Of a stretch of DNA of 64,000 nucleotides, positions 47,184 through 56,888 are shown piece after piece. Position numbers and translations under genes: made by a program. The number at the start of each line of letters is the position of its first letter. The stretch's first letter is position 1. Source of the stretch: an uncultured Eubacteriales bacterium (GTDB lineage Bacteria; Bacillota; Clostridia; TANB77; CAG-508); NCBI GenBank assembly GCA_949287075.1, contig CASEEU010000079.1, positions 229-64,228 on the forward strand, written 5' to 3'. Below the pieces are notes generated by a model. That model was not told the origin of the DNA and did no database searches. It saw nothing but the letters and a program-made list of their open reading frames with translations.

Positions 47184-49793
47184 ATGTCAATGAAAAATTT
47201 AATAAAAACCATAGCCTTTTTCATCATTATGATAATGATATTACCAATTAGCTTACCAATTGTATCAAAAGCGGTAGATAATGGAAAAATATTAACTTCA
47301 CAAGAAGATTATCCAATCGATGTTGTATTAGAAAGAGATAAGGAAAATCCTAATTTAGTTCATATAACAGCAACAAGTACAGAAAGTAATATTATAGAGC
47401 TGAAATATGTACATAAATATATAGAAACAGATAATGCGTCTTATTTTGAAGAAGATCATGATGATATCTATGCATTTGACATAACGCCATCACAGACGAT
47501 TGAAGAAACATTTGAATTAGATGGTTATGGAAGTTATACAGTATTTGCAAAAGATGAAAATAGAAATGGATTTTTGGCAAGATTGACAGTCAATGATCCA
47601 AATGATATGCCACAAATCACATTAACAAAAGAAGAAAATTCATTAAATTTAAATATTGATGTAACAAGTAATAAAAATAAAATAACAAAATTGAAAATTG
47701 CTAAAAAAGAAAATATAAATGATAATATTGATTTTAGTACACAAGGAAAAGACATAGAATTTATTGAAAGTACGCATGTATCTGTAAGATATACAGAAAT
47801 TACAGAAGAAGGACTGTATGTCATTTATGCAGAAGACAGTGAAGGAAATAGAACAATTAGTCAAATATATATAGCAGAACAAAAGACACCAATTTCAATT
47901 GATATTACAAAAGGAACAAATGCAAGAGAAGTCAATTTGCATATAACAGATGCTATCTGTAATATCATTTCTGTTAAAGTAGCAAAACTTTCTGAAATAG
48001 GAGAAGATTATGATAAATTCGATACAATCGATGGTTTACAAATTACAGAAGGGCAAACAGTTGATTTGAGTTATACAGCACCAGAAGATGATACTTATAT
48101 TTTTTGCATAGAAGATGAAGCTGGTTATAAGCTGATAACGCAAAAAAGAATTACTTCACAAGAAAAACTAATGAGTGTAACGATTGCACAAGATGAAAAT
48201 TCTCCTGGTAATTTAATAATAACTGCTACAAATGCAATATGTAATATTGTTGAAATGAAAGTTGCTATAGGAGATGATATTAGTTTAGACTATTTTGAAA
48301 ATAACGGAGAGCCTATTTCAATAGAACCAGGAAGAGAAGTGGTTGGAAAGTATACCGTTCAAGAAAATTGTACAATTAATGTCTATGTAAAAGATGAGCA
48401 AGGATATACCTATATGTATAAAAGAAATCTTATAGGTATTGATGATCCAGAACCAGAACCAAGTGAAGCACCAACTATTGTACTTACACAAAATACAGAA
48501 AATCCAAAACAGATTGATGTAGATGTTCAAGCAGATAATTCTAATGTTGATGAAGTGAAATGGGCAAAAGGAGAACAAGATATAGCATATTTCGCGACAA
48601 ATGGAACTCGAATTGGGCAAGATAAAGTAGGTGTGGCTATTCATACAGAATTTACAATTAGTGCTATTGGAACATATACTGTATATGCAAAAGATGATAA
48701 TGGAAATGAAGCCATTAAAACAATAGAAATTACAAATATCGATCAAACACCACCAACAGAAGAAGATACAACACCACCTGACATAATAATTAATCAAGAA
48801 AATACAGATAATGAAAATGTTCAAGTATCCATAAATGTTTTAGACAATCTTACTAACATTAACATGGTAAAGGTGGCACAAGGACAACAAGCAATAGAGT
48901 ATTTTGAAAATGAAGGGCAAGAATTGACGATTCAAAAAGATAATAATTCTGCAAAAGCGGTTATTAATGTTACTGAAAATGGATTTTATACAGTATATGC
49001 TAAAGATGATGCAGGAAATGCTACAATAGAAATGTTTGAAGTTACAACTATTACAGAAGATCCAGAAATAGATGATACAACACCTCCAACAATTCAAACA
49101 ATCAATGAAAGTATGAATGAAAATGAATCTATAAAAGTAACAATTAAGGTAACAGATACACAATCTCAAATTTCGACAATCAAAATAGCTAATGGAGAAC
49201 AAAATGTAGATTACTTTGAAAATCAAGGAACTTCACTTAAGTTAACAACTGATGATAAATCAGCAGAAGCAACAGTTGTCATTAAAGAAAATGGTACATA
49301 TACAATTTATACTGAAGATGAACAAGGAAATACGACAATAAAAGTGATTACAATTACAGAAATTGAAACACCAGAACCAACACCAGACCCAGATGATACA
49401 ATTACTTCATCTGTATATGTCATTACACAAACGATGATTGACAAAATATCTCCTAATACAGATGTAAATACATTTAAAAATAATATTTCGACTGAAGTTG
49501 GGTATACCATAGTAAATGCCAAAGGAGAAGAATTGCAAAATACACAAAAAATTGGAACAGGATATAAATTGATAACAGAAACAAATAAGGAATATACTTT
49601 AATTGTTACAGGAGATTTAAACGGTGATGGTAATATAACACTTATAGATATGTCTTTACTAAGAAAACATTATCTAGAAATAGAAAGCTTACAAGGTGAA
49701 TATTTAAAAGCAGCAGATATGGATAATAATAATATCATCAGTTTAAGAGATATTGCTAATATGAGAAAAACGATATTAAAAATCGATGAATAG
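47184..49793 (+). CDS. Secreted protein with about seven Ig-like repeats and a C-terminal dockerin
   Basis: Signal peptide; ~95-aa repeats ending YTVYAKDxxGN; duplicated Ca-binding loops GDLNGDGNITLID / ADMDNNNIISLRD. Confidence 0.85.
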   Translation: MSMKNLIKTIAFFIIMIMILPISLPIVSKAVDNGKILTSQEDYPIDVVLERDKENPNLVHITATSTESNIIELKYVHKYIETDNASYFEEDHDDIYAFDITPSQTIEETFELDGYGSYTVFAKDENRNGFLARLTVNDPNDMPQITLTKEENSLNLNIDVTSNKNKITKLKIAKKENINDNIDFSTQGKDIEFIESTHVSVRYTEITEEGLYVIYAEDSEGNRTISQIYIAEQKTPISIDITKGTNAREVNLHITDAICNIISVKVAKLSEIGEDYDKFDTIDGLQITEGQTVDLSYTAPEDDTYIFCIEDEAGYKLITQKRITSQEKLMSVTIAQDENSPGNLIITATNAICNIVEMKVAIGDDISLDYFENNGEPISIEPGREVVGKYTVQENCTINVYVKDEQGYTYMYKRNLIGIDDPEPEPSEAPTIVLTQNTENPKQIDVDVQADNSNVDEVKWAKGEQDIAYFATNGTRIGQDKVGVAIHTEFTISAIGTYTVYAKDDNGNEAIKTIEITNIDQTPPTEEDTTPPDIIINQENTDNENVQVSINVLDNLTNINMVKVAQGQQAIEYFENEGQELTIQKDNNSAKAVINVTENGFYTVYAKDDAGNATIEMFEVTTITEDPEIDDTTPPTIQTINESMNENESIKVTIKVTDTQSQISTIKIANGEQNVDYFENQGTSLKLTTDDKSAEATVVIKENGTYTIYTEDEQGNTTIKVITITEIETPEPTPDPDDTITSSVYVITQTMIDKISPNTDVNTFKNNISTEVGYTIVNAKGEELQNTQKIGTGYKLITETNKEYTLIVTGDLNGDGNITLIDMSLLRKHYLEIESLQGEYLKAADMDNNNIISLRDIANMRKTILKIDE

Positions 49794-49805
49794 TATATAA
49801 CAACA

Positions 49806-49847
49806 ATCATCTAATTTAGATTTTTTCTAAATTGGATGATATTTTTT
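49806..49847 (+). terminator. Terminator
   Basis: 15-bp stem atcatctaatttaga / tctaaattggatgat with T tail. Confidence 0.75.
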
Positions 49848-49925
49848 ATGTATGTAGCAAAATTTATATAATGATGTAAATAAAAGCTAATTTTTAATAT
49901 TTATTAAAAAAGTTTTAAAAAACTA

Positions 49926-49956
49926 TTGACTTAAAGTTAACTCTAAATGTTAGGAT
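49926..49956 (+). promoter_or_regulatory. MerR-type promoter/operator
   Basis: TTGACT-N19-TAGGAT with dyad TTAAAGTTAACTCTAA (14/16 symmetric) between the hexamers. Confidence 0.65.
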
Positions 49957-50000
49957 GAAATAGAAATGGAGGGGAAATTTAATTTAAGGTGGAATGATAT

Positions 50001-50063
50001 ATGGAAAATGAAAGCAACAAAAAGAAAACAACAAAATATATTGATACAATTTCGAAAAAATGA
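50001..50063 (+). other. 20-codon ORF (MENESNKKKTTKYIDTISKK), possible gene remnant or leader peptide
   Basis: RBS-like aaggtgg upstream; lies directly behind the MerR-type promoter. Confidence 0.35.
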
Positions 50064-50136
50064 TATAAAATTATTAATAATATTTATTACATTAAATATT
50101 TTTTACATAATAGTGAAAAACTAAGGAGTAATACCT

Positions 50137-51495
50137 ATGAAAAAAGAAAATAAGAAAAAAGATAAAGAAAATTTATTATTTTTAAAAAGAATTATCATGT
50201 TTATTGTTATCATAGTCATTATTATATTTATTTATCATATTAGCTCAAATGAAAGTAAGAAAAATGCTTCTGTTTATGCTTTCTCATCTATTGATAAATT
50301 AGTTAATGAAATTGAAACTGATACATATGCAAATATAAATCGATATATTGTGTATGGAACGCATTTTAATTTAGAAGGAGATATGGAGATATATACAGAT
50401 AATTCAATAACTTCTGTGGAAGTAGTAGCAAAAACAGCATCAGAAGAATTGACTATAGATACAGAATATACATATGAAGATAATCAACTTTCTTTTTCTA
50501 CACTAAAAGAAATTAATACAGGATTAGACTTAGAAAATTTAGAAGTTAAGGATTATTATATTTTATTAAAAGTTAATTTTTCAAACAATACAACGAAATA
50601 TTATTCTTTATCCAATAATACAGAATATGGAAGTATAGAATATTATACATTAACAAGAAATAATAAAAATAACAAAATAAATATTGATTTTGCAACAATT
50701 AACAATATGCCTATTTTAGGATTCCATATAACGACAGTAAGAGAATTACCAGAAGATGTGTATGATGTGGTCATTGATCCAGGACATGGTGGAAGTGATG
50801 TAGGAGCTGTATCAGGAAGATATATGGAATCAGAAATTGCTTTAGATTGTGCTCTTGAATTAAAAACACAATTAGAAGAAAAAGGGTTAAAGGTTCTATT
50901 AACAAGAGACGGAACGGAATCAGAAGAAGAATACACCATGTACAATATTTATGATGAAGATGGAAGAGTGACCATGGCTAATGAATCTCATGCAAAAATT
51001 CTTATATCCATACATTTAAATAGTAATCTTTCAGATAATGTAGATGGAGGGGTTGAAATTTATGCTTCTCCTAATAGTAATTTAACATTAGCAAAAATGT
51101 TGGCAGATAATATTGTTGAAACGGCAAAAACAAAATATTCTACAATAGAAACAGATAAACAAGATGAAGGTGTGTATGTTAGAACGATAGAAATTGAAGA
51201 CAAAAAAAATGAAACCTCTTTTTCAAGAGAGAATTATAAAGGAATATTTGATTCTATTCCATACTTATATATCATAAGAGAAATTGGAGGAATTGCAACA
51301 GGAGCTTATGTAGATGGAACCAATAAAGCTTATGGTGTAAATGAACATCGAGATTCAAATGTAGGTATAGAAGGCTATTTAGTAGAACTTGGATATATTA
51401 ATGTGGATGAAGATTTAGACAATATTTTAGAAAATAGTAATCTATATGCACAAGCGATTACAAATAGCATAACTAATTTTTATGAAATAAAGTAA
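50137..51495 (+). CDS. Membrane-anchored N-acetylmuramoyl-L-alanine amidase (Amidase_3)
   Basis: VIDPGHGG, ESEIAL, SIHLN, LVELGY; N-terminal TM. Confidence 0.88.
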   Translation: MKKENKKKDKENLLFLKRIIMFIVIIVIIIFIYHISSNESKKNASVYAFSSIDKLVNEIETDTYANINRYIVYGTHFNLEGDMEIYTDNSITSVEVVAKTASEELTIDTEYTYEDNQLSFSTLKEINTGLDLENLEVKDYYILLKVNFSNNTTKYYSLSNNTEYGSIEYYTLTRNNKNNKINIDFATINNMPILGFHITTVRELPEDVYDVVIDPGHGGSDVGAVSGRYMESEIALDCALELKTQLEEKGLKVLLTRDGTESEEEYTMYNIYDEDGRVTMANESHAKILISIHLNSNLSDNVDGGVEIYASPNSNLTLAKMLADNIVETAKTKYSTIETDKQDEGVYVRTIEIEDKKNETSFSRENYKGIFDSIPYLYIIREIGGIATGAYVDGTNKAYGVNEHRDSNVGIEGYLVELGYINVDEDLDNILENSNLYAQAITNSITNFYEIK

Positions 51496-51534
51496 AAAAG
51501 TCATAGAAATGGTTTATAATAAAATATTAAAAAT

Positions 51535-51567
51535 AGGCAGATGATTACTTAATAATTATCTGCCTTT
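51535..51567 (+). terminator. Terminator
   Basis: Stem aggcagatgatta / taattatctgcct. Confidence 0.7.
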
Positions 51568-51659
51568 AAAAAATTTATAATATTATTAAAAAAATTATTA
51601 TTTCTTGTAACAAAACAAGAAATAACTTCCCTTATTATATAGAAGGAGGTAGAAAAGTT

Positions 51660-52154
51660 ATGCAGAATATTGAAGAAATATATAAAGAATATTCTATAAC
51701 TGTATATAAATACTTATTCTGCTTAACGCAAAATAGGGATATTTCTGAAGAACTAACACAAGAAACATTTGCCATAGCTGTTGAAGACATAAAAAAGTTT
51801 AGAGGAGAATGTAAATTATCTGTTTGGTTATGTCAAATAGCAAAACATTTATGGTACAAAGAATTAAAAAAAAGCAAGAAAAATGTTAATGTTTCTTTTG
51901 AAGAAGTCAATAATACTATTCTATATGATGAATCTCTTGAAGAAATTATCTGTGAAAAAGAAGAAAAATTGAAATTATTTAAGGACATGCAAAAACTAGA
52001 TGAAAAATCTAGAGAAGTCATGTATTTAAGAATGGTAGGTAATTTAAGTTATGAAGAAATAGGAGAGATACTTGGAAAAACAGCTAATTGGTCAAGAGTT
52101 ACATTTTATAGAGCAAAACAAAAAATAAGGGAGGGAAATAAAGATGAAAAATAA
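51660..52154 (+). CDS. ECF RNA polymerase sigma factor
   Basis: SEELTQETF, WLCQIAKH, LSYEEIGEILG, VTFYRAKQK. Confidence 0.92.
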   Translation: MQNIEEIYKEYSITVYKYLFCLTQNRDISEELTQETFAIAVEDIKKFRGECKLSVWLCQIAKHLWYKELKKSKKNVNVSFEEVNNTILYDESLEEIICEKEEKLKLFKDMQKLDEKSREVMYLRMVGNLSYEEIGEILGKTANWSRVTFYRAKQKIREGNKDEK

Positions 52155-53088
52155 AAAGGAATGTGAAATTGTGCAAGATCTATTAGTGAATTATGCTGAT
52201 GGTATATTAAATCCAGAATCAAAAAAATTAGTAGAAGAACATATAAAAGATTGTGAAAACTGCCAACTTGAATTGAAACATATTCAGGATGATTCTAAAG
52301 AAAAAGAAAATGAAGAACAAATAGAGTTAGATTATTTAAAGAAAATTAGAATAAAGTCAAAAATAAAATCTATATTGCTAGCCATTGGAATAATAGCATT
52401 AATCGCTTTTATTATATTTTTAAATAATTTTTTGAAAATAAATAGTATTATGAATAAAGCAGAAAAATCATTACAATCAAATAATTATTATAAAGAAACA
52501 ACACAAATGTTAGGTAATAATGAGACTTCAGTTACAAAAGAATATTATAAAGATGGAAAGTATAAGTCTATTTGGATGATTTACTCAGATACTGGTGTAG
52601 AAACAAAATTGATTGAATATGCAAATAGTAATTCTGATGAACGAACATATATATATGAGACAGAGAAAAAAGCAGTCATTGAGAAAGGTGATATTTCTGA
52701 AATGAAAAATAGTAATATTAAAAATGTGCCTTTTGTTACTAACAGAAATAGTTTATTTGCAAAAATAGGAACGACTTTTGTATATTCTATAGATACAGAT
52801 ACTTTTGATTATGGAAAAGAATATTATATATTAAAAAATAGATCAGAAAATAATATATGGGAAATATGGATAGATAAAGAAACAGGATTACCAATAAGAG
52901 AAATCAATAGAGGGGGTGCAAAATCATTCTTCATAGGTACGGATGTAGTAAAAGAAGTTAGAGATTCAGTACAGTCGTATAAATATGAATTTGATACTGT
53001 TACAGACGAAGATGTTGAAGTTCCTGACTTATCTAATTATACAGTAGAAAATAAAACTCTAAATATGGAAGATATGGTAGAAGAATAA
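52144..53088 (+). CDS. Zinc-binding (ZAS/zf-HC2) anti-sigma factor with TM and extracellular domain
   Basis: CEIVQDLL...HIKDCENC, TM, C-terminal WIDKETGLPIR; overlaps the sigma gene. Confidence 0.85.
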   Translation: MKNKKECEIVQDLLVNYADGILNPESKKLVEEHIKDCENCQLELKHIQDDSKEKENEEQIELDYLKKIRIKSKIKSILLAIGIIALIAFIIFLNNFLKINSIMNKAEKSLQSNNYYKETTQMLGNNETSVTKEYYKDGKYKSIWMIYSDTGVETKLIEYANSNSDERTYIYETEKKAVIEKGDISEMKNSNIKNVPFVTNRNSLFAKIGTTFVYSIDTDTFDYGKEYYILKNRSENNIWEIWIDKETGLPIREINRGGAKSFFIGTDVVKEVRDSVQSYKYEFDTVTDEDVEVPDLSNYTVENKTLNMEDMVEE

Positions 53089-53172
53089 CCAAGAAAGATA
53101 AGCTACAATTTAAATGGAAGTATATACATCAGCTGATTTAAACTGGAATGACCAAAATTCAAAATAAATTAC

Positions 53173-53203
53173 AAAGAGTTTCTTGGTTGGAAACTCTTTT
53201 TTT
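53173..53203 (+). terminator. Terminator
   Basis: 10-bp stem aaagagtttc / gaaactcttt with T tail. Confidence 0.8.
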
Positions 53204-53230
53204 CATATCTATAGTTTTTTGCTATAAAAA

Positions 53231-53281
53231 TTCAAAAAATTTTCACAAAATGTTCACAAAGCAATTTTTTTTTGATATAAT
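53231..53281 (+). promoter_or_regulatory. Promoter with PhoP/OmpR-like direct repeats
   Basis: TTCAAA, TTCACA, TTCACA at 53231, 53242, 53253 (11-bp period); the last is the -35 of TTCACA-N17-TATAAT. Confidence 0.55.
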
Positions 53282-53322
53282 TGAAAAGTAAAAGAAAAAA
53301 TGTAGAATGAGGGGGTAAAATA

Positions 53323-54021
53323 ATGGAAGAAAACGAAAAAGTAAATGAACAAAACGAGCAAAATACACAACAAGTAAATAATGATGGAGAATTAAAAAAA
53401 CAAGCTGCAGAAACTTTAAAAGCAACTAAGGAACAGATGAAAAATATTAATTTTAAAGAAGAAGCAGAAAAAGGAAAAGGATTAATAAGGAAATTAGCGA
53501 CAAAACCATTAGAAACCATTAAAGAAGTTGTAGAAGATAATAAAAATCAATTTTACAAAACAGCATTGGTGATTATGATTGTATGGGCAGCACTTATTCT
53601 GATTAAAAGAATAATAGATTTCATTATCCATGATTATTATGAATTTCAAATATTGGCAACAATTAAAGCTGTACTAACACCTATACTAGAAATCTTAGCT
53701 ATGGCAATTATTATTCATGTGTTAAACAAAGATAATAATCAACCATTAACAAAATCTATTACAGCAGTATCTATTGCCAAAATGCCACTAGTCATTTCAG
53801 CAGTTTTAGGATATTTAACATATATTAGTTCAAATATAACATATATTACAAGCCCAATAGCTTCATTACTAAGTGTAATATCAACAGTACTAATGTTCTT
53901 TGTTGTAAAAGAATCATTTAAAGAAGAAGAAAATGAAAAAGCTTTAAAAATGTTTATAAAAGTTGAAGTTATATATTATATTGTTGCATTTGCATTTAGC
54001 TTTTTAGGAATATATTTATAA
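53323..54021 (+). CDS. Hypothetical membrane protein (possibly Yip1-like)
   Basis: Charged N-terminus followed by about 5 TM helices. Confidence 0.7.
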   Translation: MEENEKVNEQNEQNTQQVNNDGELKKQAAETLKATKEQMKNINFKEEAEKGKGLIRKLATKPLETIKEVVEDNKNQFYKTALVIMIVWAALILIKRIIDFIIHDYYEFQILATIKAVLTPILEILAMAIIIHVLNKDNNQPLTKSITAVSIAKMPLVISAVLGYLTYISSNITYITSPIASLLSVISTVLMFFVVKESFKEEENEKALKMFIKVEVIYYIVAFAFSFLGIYL

Positions 54022-54055
54022 AAAAGCATATATAATAAAAAAATGACTATAATTA

Positions 54056-54112
54056 AAAATGACCATAATTAAAATGTAGGTTGCATCAATCCATTTTAAC
54101 TATGGTCATTTT
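54056..54112 (+). terminator. Long hairpin with a tandemly duplicated 5' arm
   Basis: aaaatgaccataattaaaatg / cattttaactatggtcatttt; a 16-nt copy of the 5' arm lies directly upstream. Confidence 0.6.
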
Positions 54113-54170
54113 ATGTACAAAAAGAGACAGTTACTGGCATACAGAATTTTATAGAAGAAAGGGATAAAAA

Positions 54171-56870
54171 ATGAAGGAAAAATTAAAGAAGTTAGGAAAA
54201 AAACTCTTAATAATACTAATTATTGTCATAATATTATTTGCAGCATTATTCATAGCATACCAAGTCAGATATAATTTTAATGCAAAAATAAAGGATAATA
54301 CTTCAGAAGCTAATATAGGAAGTTATATGGAAGAACTCCAAAAAATAAAAGAAGAAAATGACAATGCAGCCGTTTTATCTAGTGGTGTAGAAACATTTAT
54401 TGCAGAAGATGCAGATAAGATTAACAATTCAATAGAGCAAGTGACGCCACTTAATAATGGAAATGTTCAAACAACATTTAATACAAATGTAGATAATAAA
54501 GTAAAAGATTTAACTAAAGGAGAAATTTTCTATATAGAGGGAGATGAAAATAGTAAATTTCCTCAAGGATTTTTTGGAAAAGTTGTGTCTAATACACAAA
54601 ATGGAGAAAATACAACATTAGTTACAGAAAGTCCAAAAGTAGATGAAATATTTGATATGTTAGATATAGATATTTCCGAAGAATTAACACCAGAAAATAT
54701 GCAAAGTATTATACCTATGAAAGGTGTTACGGTTTCTTCTGTAGATTCTAAAAATAACACTATAGTGGCGAAAAAATTAAATAATACAAATCCTACAAAA
54801 GTAGATACTTTAACCCATATGACTTATACAGACGCAGATTTAGAAACGAAAAAAATAGCAGAGACAGAAAGTAATACAATAACAGATCAAATTAGTATAG
54901 AAGCAGATTTTTCTGAAATGTTACAAGATGTAGCAAAAGAAAACTTAAAAGGAAAGGTAGATGAAGACGTATTAGAAAATTTATACCTTAAAGTGAGTAT
55001 GGAGGCTAACTTAGAAAAATTAGGTATTAATAGTAAAATTGATTTTGATTTATCTGGTTTACATGATTTATACTTTGATGTTGAAAAAGATATTGGTGTG
55101 AAATCAACTATTGAATCAGGAATAGAACTTAGTATTGACAAAAAAGAAACTTCTATTGGTTCAGATCAAATTATTAAATTATGTGGTTTAGATCAAAAGA
55201 TGTTCCCATTATTTTATATTGATATTGGAACGAAGAAAATGTTGACTGTATTTGGAGGAAAAATATCAGATAAAATAGAAGATTTAACAGCACCACTTCC
55301 TATTTCTGTTGGGGTTATTGTATATATTGATTTGGATGGTAATCTAAAGGTTGGACTTTCTGTAGAAGGAAGTTATGAAAGTAGAACAGGAAACAGATTA
55401 GCCATTGTAGAAAATGATGAATGGAAATTTAGTAATGAAGAATTATATAATGAAGAAAAGGTTTCTGTTTCAGTAACAGGAGAGGCAACAGCATCAGCAG
55501 ATTTAAATACAGGTGTAGATGTATTGATTAATATATCATCTGTCAACATTGCAGATGTAGCACTTGCGAAAATAGGAATTGAAGTAGAAGCAAAAGCAAC
55601 ATTAAAAATTGGAGTTGAAAGAATCAATGATGTAATAACACCAACACAAGAAGCGTCAATAGATGGTCATTTAAGATTATATTTAAAAATTTTGGATATT
55701 GATATAAAATTCAAGCTAAAAAATCAATTAATACCAATCTCAGTGCAAAGAAATATGACAATTTTCGATATTACATTATTAGAACTGGGAGAAAAGCCAG
55801 AAACGTATTATAATGATGAAACAATGAAAATTGGACAAGTAAGCGGAGAAGATACAGATTTTAATTATTATAAAACAAATTATGGTATGCTAGTAAAAGA
55901 ATCCAAATCTGATAAATGGAAACAAACCATTTATTCTAAAGGATTTGACCAATTGTGTGCCATGGATGCTTCTTACATATATGTTACCGTTTCGGGAGAT
56001 AGTGGAACATTTGATATTGTTAGAATAGATAAAGATGATGATAATATATACAGAACAGTTGTAGAAAATGTGTTATATGTCTTAGAAGAAGATGACCAAT
56101 ACATTTACTATTTATCAGAAGATGAAGAAAACATTATTTATCGATATAAACGAGATAATGGAGAAACAGAACAGTTTATGACATTTGATTATCATGTACA
56201 ATTAATGCATCAACAAGAAGATGGAAATTTCTATGTCATAACAAAAGAAGATAACATGATTGCAGCACTTTTTGGAGATGAAACGAACTATTATTATGTA
56301 GTAGGAAAAGATAAAAAAATGATTCATGATTATGGTTCAGAGCCAACAGTTGATCAATATTATATAGAAAAAGTAGAAGATAATTATTATGTAGCACAAA
56401 AATTCTATACACATGAAAGAACAAGACCAACTGCAACAGAAGAAATATTTATGGGGACCGATAAATCATTACAAGTGCAAACAGAGACAGACTCTGGTTG
56501 GAAAGCGACTAGTCTGGGAATTGTAACAGAACAACAAGCAGAAGGTGGAACGGGATATAATATGACAATTTATGCATCCCCAAATGGAGAAATGAAAACC
56601 ATTACACCTGTAAAAAGTCGATATGCTATGTTTACACTTTCAGAATCAGATTCTGGAGAATGGTATTTCTTTGATCAAGAAGAGGATGCCGTTGTCTTAT
56701 ATAAATTAGATGCAAATTTAGCTAATAAAACAGAGGTAAAAAGATTTCCAAATGAAGAATTTAGATGTAATATGGAAGATTGTAGTATGGAAAACACAGA
56801 CAATGTATTATATTTTTATCAAATCAATAATGATGATACAGATGTATTGTATCGATATGATTTAAATTAG
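54171..56870 (+). CDS. Large membrane-anchored surface protein with a beta-rich core and a probable C-terminal beta-propeller
   Basis: N-terminal TM; repeated YIYY / IYRY motifs at the C-terminus; RBS ggga. Confidence 0.8.
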   Translation: MKEKLKKLGKKLLIILIIVIILFAALFIAYQVRYNFNAKIKDNTSEANIGSYMEELQKIKEENDNAAVLSSGVETFIAEDADKINNSIEQVTPLNNGNVQTTFNTNVDNKVKDLTKGEIFYIEGDENSKFPQGFFGKVVSNTQNGENTTLVTESPKVDEIFDMLDIDISEELTPENMQSIIPMKGVTVSSVDSKNNTIVAKKLNNTNPTKVDTLTHMTYTDADLETKKIAETESNTITDQISIEADFSEMLQDVAKENLKGKVDEDVLENLYLKVSMEANLEKLGINSKIDFDLSGLHDLYFDVEKDIGVKSTIESGIELSIDKKETSIGSDQIIKLCGLDQKMFPLFYIDIGTKKMLTVFGGKISDKIEDLTAPLPISVGVIVYIDLDGNLKVGLSVEGSYESRTGNRLAIVENDEWKFSNEELYNEEKVSVSVTGEATASADLNTGVDVLINISSVNIADVALAKIGIEVEAKATLKIGVERINDVITPTQEASIDGHLRLYLKILDIDIKFKLKNQLIPISVQRNMTIFDITLLELGEKPETYYNDETMKIGQVSGEDTDFNYYKTNYGMLVKESKSDKWKQTIYSKGFDQLCAMDASYIYVTVSGDSGTFDIVRIDKDDDNIYRTVVENVLYVLEEDDQYIYYLSEDEENIIYRYKRDNGETEQFMTFDYHVQLMHQQEDGNFYVITKEDNMIAALFGDETNYYYVVGKDKKMIHDYGSEPTVDQYYIEKVEDNYYVAQKFYTHERTRPTATEEIFMGTDKSLQVQTETDSGWKATSLGIVTEQQAEGGTGYNMTIYASPNGEMKTITPVKSRYAMFTLSESDSGEWYFFDQEEDAVVLYKLDANLANKTEVKRFPNEEFRCNMEDCSMENTDNVLYFYQINNDDTDVLYRYDLN

Positions 56871-56888
56871 ATGAAAGGAATGTTAAAA

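Noticed and set aside
51606-51640. Autoregulatory ECF promoter (TGTAAC...) upstream of the sigma gene
   Set aside because: The -35-like TGTAAC is present, but the expected CGT-type -10 is not (ccctta), so it is too weak to call
54039-54112. 16-nt tandem duplication next to the hairpin, considered as a regulatory switch
   Set aside because: Most simply a slipped-strand duplication of the terminator arm; both alternative pairings give a similar stem
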